A DNA stretch of 64,000 nucleotides from Macrostomum hystrix. Lineage: Eukaryota > Animalia > Platyhelminthes. A program made the position numbers and the translations under genes. Every line of letters starts with the position of its first letter. Positions within the stretch are counted from its first letter, which is position 1. The notes beneath the pieces are model-generated. The model did no database searches. It had not been told where the DNA came from and saw only the letters and a list, made by a program, of their open reading frames with translations. Below, one piece after another: positions 59,490 to 64,000 of the stretch. The stretch covers positions 11,594,001 through 11,658,000 of the forward strand of contig CATNEN010000001.1 of assembly GCA_950097015.1 (NCBI GenBank), given 5' to 3'.

Positions 59490-59928
59490 AACGCGAGCGG
59501 CGTTGAACTCGGAGTTCGCGCTGCCTATAGAAGCTGTTCGGTGGTCCATCAAGGAACGAGTTGGGAATTGCCTACTTGTTGGCCATGCCATCCAAAACGA
59601 TCTGGATGCGTTGGACATGAGCCATGCGAACATCTTTGACTCCGCATACGACCAGGAGTTAAGAAAACTGGCTGGAGTGGATTCATATCCCCCAAACCAG
59701 CCGGTTGGACTTGTTCGCATGGTAAAAGGGCTTCTGGAGACATATAACCGCTGGCATCATGGCCATGTTACTCTGTCGGAGTTAGTATCTGCTCGGCTAA
59801 TGTCTCTAGCTCCTGCTTTCGAAGGGTTTTTGATGAAGCGGGAGTACCAGCCCGGTCCACACAATCCAGAAGATGATGCAAGAATAAGTGGGCATTTGTA
59901 CACGCTCGCGGAGGCTCTAAGTCGATGA
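59490..59928 (+). pseudogene. C-terminal part of a DEDDh 3'-5' exonuclease (REX4/ISG20-like)
   Basis: LLVGHAIQNDLDAL (Exo II), IFDS, HNPEDDAR...LY (Exo III); Exo I not seen. Confidence 0.72.
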
Positions 59929-61077
59929 AGCAGGCGTGTCTCATATTTCCATCAATTCCACATTTGTTAATATTTGCGTGTCTTAAAAATGAATGTTTTT
60001 GTAAATACACGCTCCATAGGACAGGGAAGACTTATGATTATTTTTCTTGTAACTCTCTGCTTGCGTTTATTCCAATGAAAGCAGCCCGGTAAGTCGGAAG
60101 AATATGCATTTGAGAGGCCAGGAAAAGCAATAGCATAAATCCCGAAACTGTATAGCTAAGGATGCATTGAAAATGGCAGCTTCATGCTTTCAATTCGCCA
60201 GAGAGAAACAGCTAGGTGTAGAATGCAGCGGTGTTGGCGTCTAAACCCTGCATCAATCCACTCGCGGCGCAACTATTTTACAGTACAGGAAATTTACCAA
60301 CTAGCGTCTAAGACATGCCTCATGCAAATTGGAGCCCAAAATCTGATGCCTCTGCAAAAGGCTGAGGGTGGCCGACGCGCTCGGGGAAAAAAGAGAGGCA
60401 TTTTGGCCGACGGACGGAGGAAAAAAGCAAATATCTGTTTTTCGCTGGCCTAGCTACGATCATTTGCGCCACTCTGGCGAGGGAGCTGAAAATAGAAAAA
60501 CTGGAGGTCTGCGCTGCATGGAAGAGAGGAAAATTGCGCAGCAGTTGCTATTGGGAGAGGGATGAAAATTTGCCCGAAATTTCGGCTATCTAAATCCAAT
60601 GTATTGCTCCAATGAACTTACCATATATTTTTCGTATTTAAAAACACCCTCCGTGTCCGACTTTTGTATACTACTAATACTATCTGCACATGTCAGGACA
60701 CAGAGCATCCAGACTATGTACCGCTACAGCACTTTTTCTGGCCCATCGCTAATCTGGTTGCGAAAAGCGCAACCAGGGTTACCGGACTGCGCTTCAATGC
60801 ACGTTCGGCGACTGGAGTCAGGACAGGGCTGCACCGTAGGACTTTTAATTAAACTATAAAAATAAAACACAACAATTATAAAAATTTTTTAATGCCTCGG
60901 TACCTCAGGATATCATTTTACAGGCTTAAGACACTTTATTGCTCCGCACATAACATAACATTTTGACCAATTCTCTCTTAGGCGATATGATATACTCTTC
61001 TACTTTTTATGCTTAACTCATACCCGCTAACAGTATACTTTTTACTGACATTGTAAATTTGAAGACGAAATTTTTGT

Positions 61078-61160
61078 AAAAAAGGGAGAAATTGTAGAGT
61101 GCAGAATTACGATACTATTTATTTTAACCAATCATGCGCTAACTACTCTACTCATCCGCT
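61078..61160 (+). repeat. PPT and start of an element-X-type 3' LTR (from 61093)
   Basis: AAAAAAGGGAGAA-AT-TGTAGAGT..., homologous to 32323 onward. Confidence 0.75.
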
Positions 61161-61276
61161 TAGTAACTTCGTAGCGCGACATAATAGAGTTATAGAGATA
61201 GTGAAGACAAAAAAACAAGGCGAAAAAAGCCACTTTAGAATGAGCAGGGAACCTCCCGGGGAGGAATTGATATAGC

Positions 61277-62140
61277 TATAAGACTTAGAAATCTGAAAAG
61301 AACTCGAGAGAAAACTTTCGCCTAGAGGTCAAGCAACTAAGAATAGATAGATTAGATAAATGCTCGCCCCGAGTTTTCACTTGCATTTCAGCGCAACACG
61401 GCCCGGTCCAACTCAACCTGGTATGGTCCGATATGACACGGCCCGGCCTAATCTGACCCGATCCTGCCCGACGTAGGTCCAACGTGACATGGACCCGACC
61501 GGACTCACCCGACCTGGCACGGCCTGACGCGACCTGGCCCGGCCATGCCTACAACATCGGAGCCTGCCTGAGCCCTATGTGGAGATGAGACCTGGAAGAG
61601 GCCGGGACCGCCCAAGAAGACCTGGAGCGACGGAGGGACAGTGACAAACAAACACTAGATAAAGGGGATTCCATAGAAACGGGCAATCTTCTAACTCAAC
61701 TAACGCTTTTAGGCCTTTGACCCGCCCTCCATAGGACAGGGGTTGGCGTGCCTGCCAACCAAGTATTCGAATGTTTTGTGCTGATTTGGAATCGGGGCTG
61801 CGACCCCACTCGACCCATTATCACCAAGCGCTCTGATTGATAAAGTTTTATCACCCTCCCAAGTGAGTGATTTTCAAACAATATATAAATCGAATCGGAG
61901 CGCGGGAAAAAGGACCGCCGCTGATTTTAGTTAGAGATTCATCTCTACGTTCTATTAAGTTAGCAATTTAATATAAACTTACTGTGTTTGAGTTCTATCT
62001 TCATTGACTTCAGAGAGAGGAATCCGAGAGATCGATCAGCCTTAATACTGAGAACGATAGTCGTTAGGAAGTATAGCCTTCAAGACAAGAGACTGCAACA
62101 GACCGCTAGACTACAGTGACACGAGAGAGACGACAAAACT
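61277..62140 (+). repeat. TATA-family LTR lacking its last ~12 nt
   Basis: Matches 24553-25428; the left flank is antisense-ORF-region sequence, not a PPT. Confidence 0.9.
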
Positions 62141-62720
62141 GGAGTTAAGTCCCTAAGTTAGAATGTAGGGACGTGAATGTAAGGGCATAAGGAGACACGA
62201 GAGCTGAGACACTGACACAATGTAAGACAGATGGGTCGTCTCGACCGGAAGTCCTATCATTGTGACACTCTCACTCAGGTGCAATCCTGAGGCTAGAACC
62301 AGTTTCACGGAAAGAACTTTGGGAAAGCGCCTCGCTACCTGAAGCATCAGACCAGTGAACTAGGGGAAGCCAGGCCCGTCACTCAAATTGAATCTAAGCT
62401 TAAAATAACGAAGAAATACAAAGACAAGGCTTCACCGAATTCCATGATGAGGCACACGTATTTATTATATGCCAATTCATTATTCATTCCGACACATTTA
62501 TTCACTACGACACGTACCAGCACCAGCAAATCACAACTTACAAACAAACAAGGAAAGAAAAACACACAAAAATAATGGAAACATACATGCCATTATCAAT
62601 GATTATACAACAGCAAACAAGAGAGCAGTTAAACAGAGCAAATTAACAGCACACCATGAATAGTCATAAGAACATAGAACATAAGAACATAGTCATAAGA
62701 ACATAAGAACTTGACAACAG

Positions 62721-62963
62721 TTAAGGGGCCATAGGAGCGGCCTGGCGCCGCCGGCAACAAAGCCACACCAGAAGCAGCCCGAACAAGGCCAGGGCAAGGC
62801 CTCCGGCCCCGAGACCTCCGGAGAGACGACGTAGAAACGACAACCCGTTCTCTAAAGACTGGGTGCGGGTAGCTTCTAGGGCTAGGCGGGCCTCCAGGCG
62901 AAGGACCCGAGCCTCTAGCTCGGACATCAGCTTGGCGAGTTGGGCCATTTCAAAGCGCGACAT
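62721..62963 (-). CDS. Antisense small membrane protein, 80 aa, intact
   Basis: Heptad repeat, GGLGAGG, TM, CCRRR. Confidence 0.78.
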   Translation of the reverse strand: MSRFEMAQLAKLMSELEARVLRLEARLALEATRTQSLENGLSFLRRLSGGLGAGGLALALFGLLLVWLCCRRRQAAPMAP

Positions 62964-63682
62964 GAAATCAAGTGGTCGATGGGGCAGACGAAAAGGCAGT
63001 TAAAAAGATGCGTCTGAGCAGATAAAAGGGGCCCAGGGGAAAAGTTTATATAACCCAGTCCAAGGCAAGATGGATGGCAAGTATTCCACAATCACAGCCA
63101 CCCTATCCGCCGCGGAGAAAGGACCCCAATGTACATCCCGAGGGATGAAAAGTAGAGTCATCAGTGCCCCGGGCCAGATTCGAGACCTAAAGTGCAACAC
63201 CACACAGATAACATGCCCGAGTGGATTAGACCAACCATGGCCTCAGTAAACAAAAATAGGACACAGGCAACAAACACACCATAACCAAGAATCCAGCTTG
63301 TCACAAGTAAGAGAGACACAGCCATATCAGAACACATCATAACCACATGCCATAGTACTTTAACCAATGTGATTTTATAATACAAGCAATGCTCTTATCC
63401 TGCGAGGCCCAGAAATGTTATTGATTAATTGGGCTCTCAAAGCATATATATTCTCTCCAACGTGATTAACAATAAATATTATGTCGACTTCTTTGGAAGC
63501 TCCACAGGTTCATTGTCTGTCAAACTAAATTTCAATTAAATCTTAGACGTCAACAATAGCAGATATGCAGTAGCAACAAGTACACCAGAGAAAAATTAGG
63601 CGGAAGTTCAGGAAAACAAGCAGGAGGACGAAGTAAACATAGATGATAGTCACACGCTTCGGACACCTTTACAGCTAGTATC

Positions 63683-64000
63683 ATGGCCGACAGCAGCTAC
63701 AACCGCCGCCCCGGAGACAAATTTGTCGACGTTGACATCCGGGGGCGGCCGGCTGTGAAGGCCGACGCGGTCACGCAAGTGACCGCGGAGGAGATAGACG
63801 GGGGAGTGTCGACCGCCACGTCGACAACGGACCTCCGGGAGACACATCTGGATCTGGAGGAGTTGTACCGTGTGAAACAGGCCAAGGGCACGTGGAAAGC
63901 ACAGGGCAACTTTCAGCCCGAACCAGAGCCCAAGAACCCGCCATGGCCGACACCGAGAGGCCTCCGGGAGTACTACAGAAAGAAATACCCGGAACCGCCA
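63683..64000 (+). CDS. ORF110 family protein running off the window; 62735-64000 is near-identical to ~23110-24370
   Basis: MADSSYNRRPGDKFVD... Confidence 0.82.
   Translation, partial: MADSSYNRRPGDKFVDVDIRGRPAVKADAVTQVTAEEIDGGVSTATSTTDLRETHLDLEELYRVKQAKGTWKAQGNFQPEPEPKNPPWPTPRGLREYYRKKYPEPP

Noticed and set aside
60664-60852. HPDYVP as a THAP/transposase remnant
   Set aside because: Single short motif with no supporting C2CH pattern

Overview
Eukaryotic (probably invertebrate animal) repeat-dense DNA with no recognisable host gene; it is a nest of mobile elements, almost all on the + strand. Left to right: decayed Polinton/adintovirus-like remnant (major capsid C-terminus, minor capsid, PLA2X); a full-length LOA/Lian-like LINE with an 11-12 bp TSD; a truncated Mag-like Gypsy; four ~1.15 kb non-coding units (A-A-B-B); a THAP fragment; then ~45 kb of stacked pieces of one group of Ty3/Gypsy-like endogenous retroviruses, with a second 5'-truncated LINE and another LTR family inserted. 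The main finding is the architecture of this retrovirus group. (1) A cysteine-rich, class III-like envelope glycoprotein lies in frame BETWEEN Gag and protease; the gag-signal-glycoprotein junction is seen in two divergent elements. (2) Most LTRs end TATA...TATA rather than TG...CA, shown by a solo LTR with a 5-bp TSD, and the integrase DNA-end motif is altered. (3) A 3' accessory region holds a possible dead integrase-like ORF, a conserved structured RNA, an antisense coiled-coil/TM/Cys-Cys/polybasic protein and an unknown ~110-aa protein present in about 11 copies. The one-strand stacking resembles a flamenco-type piRNA cluster (inference). All family assignments come from motif recognition by eye; no database search was run.
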